A DNA stretch of 64,000 bases. Origin: Lytechinus pictus (Eukaryota). Below are positions 63,966 through 64,000 of this stretch, in pieces (position 1 is the first letter of the stretch; each line of letters opens with the position of its first letter). Under the pieces are notes generated by a model. The model saw only the letters and a program-made list of their open reading frames with translations, was not told where the DNA came from and ran no database searches. The position numbers and the translations under genes are program-made. The DNA lies in NCBI RefSeq assembly GCF_037042905.1, contig NC_087250.1:13766001-13830000 (forward strand), read 5' to 3'.

Positions 63966-64000
63966 TATATATATTCTCAAATTACTCATTTCATGATTGG

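Overview
AT-rich, intron- and repeat-dense eukaryotic DNA. The repeat families and gene content suggest a sea urchin or other echinoderm (inference). The main feature is a + strand spliced gene (CDS 35045-35186, 45645-45734, 47617-50786; about 1133 aa). It joins a PRDM9/SSX-type ancestral KRAB domain (A and B exons, conserved phase-1 splice) directly to a PRDM9-like early zinc finger, a decayed-finger acidic repeat and 22 C2H2 fingers. I can find no SSXRD or PR/SET exon, so this is a KRAB-ZNF architecture in what looks like an invertebrate. A second, paralogous gene follows at about 54.1-62.1 kb with a tandemly duplicated KRAB-B-like exon carrying SUMO-type motifs, and it runs off the window. 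Around these genes are: a 6.2-kb foldback element with a 9-bp TSD that appears to split the first gene's putative first exon; a 7.3-kb Helentron-type element whose 5' end is amplified four times with a tRNA-like segment; many MITEs, several with exact TSDs and some nested; a single-exon putative type II membrane protein ORF (6357-7124, -); and weakly supported small spliced transcripts. All gene models are read by eye from splice signals and frame continuity, and no database search was run.
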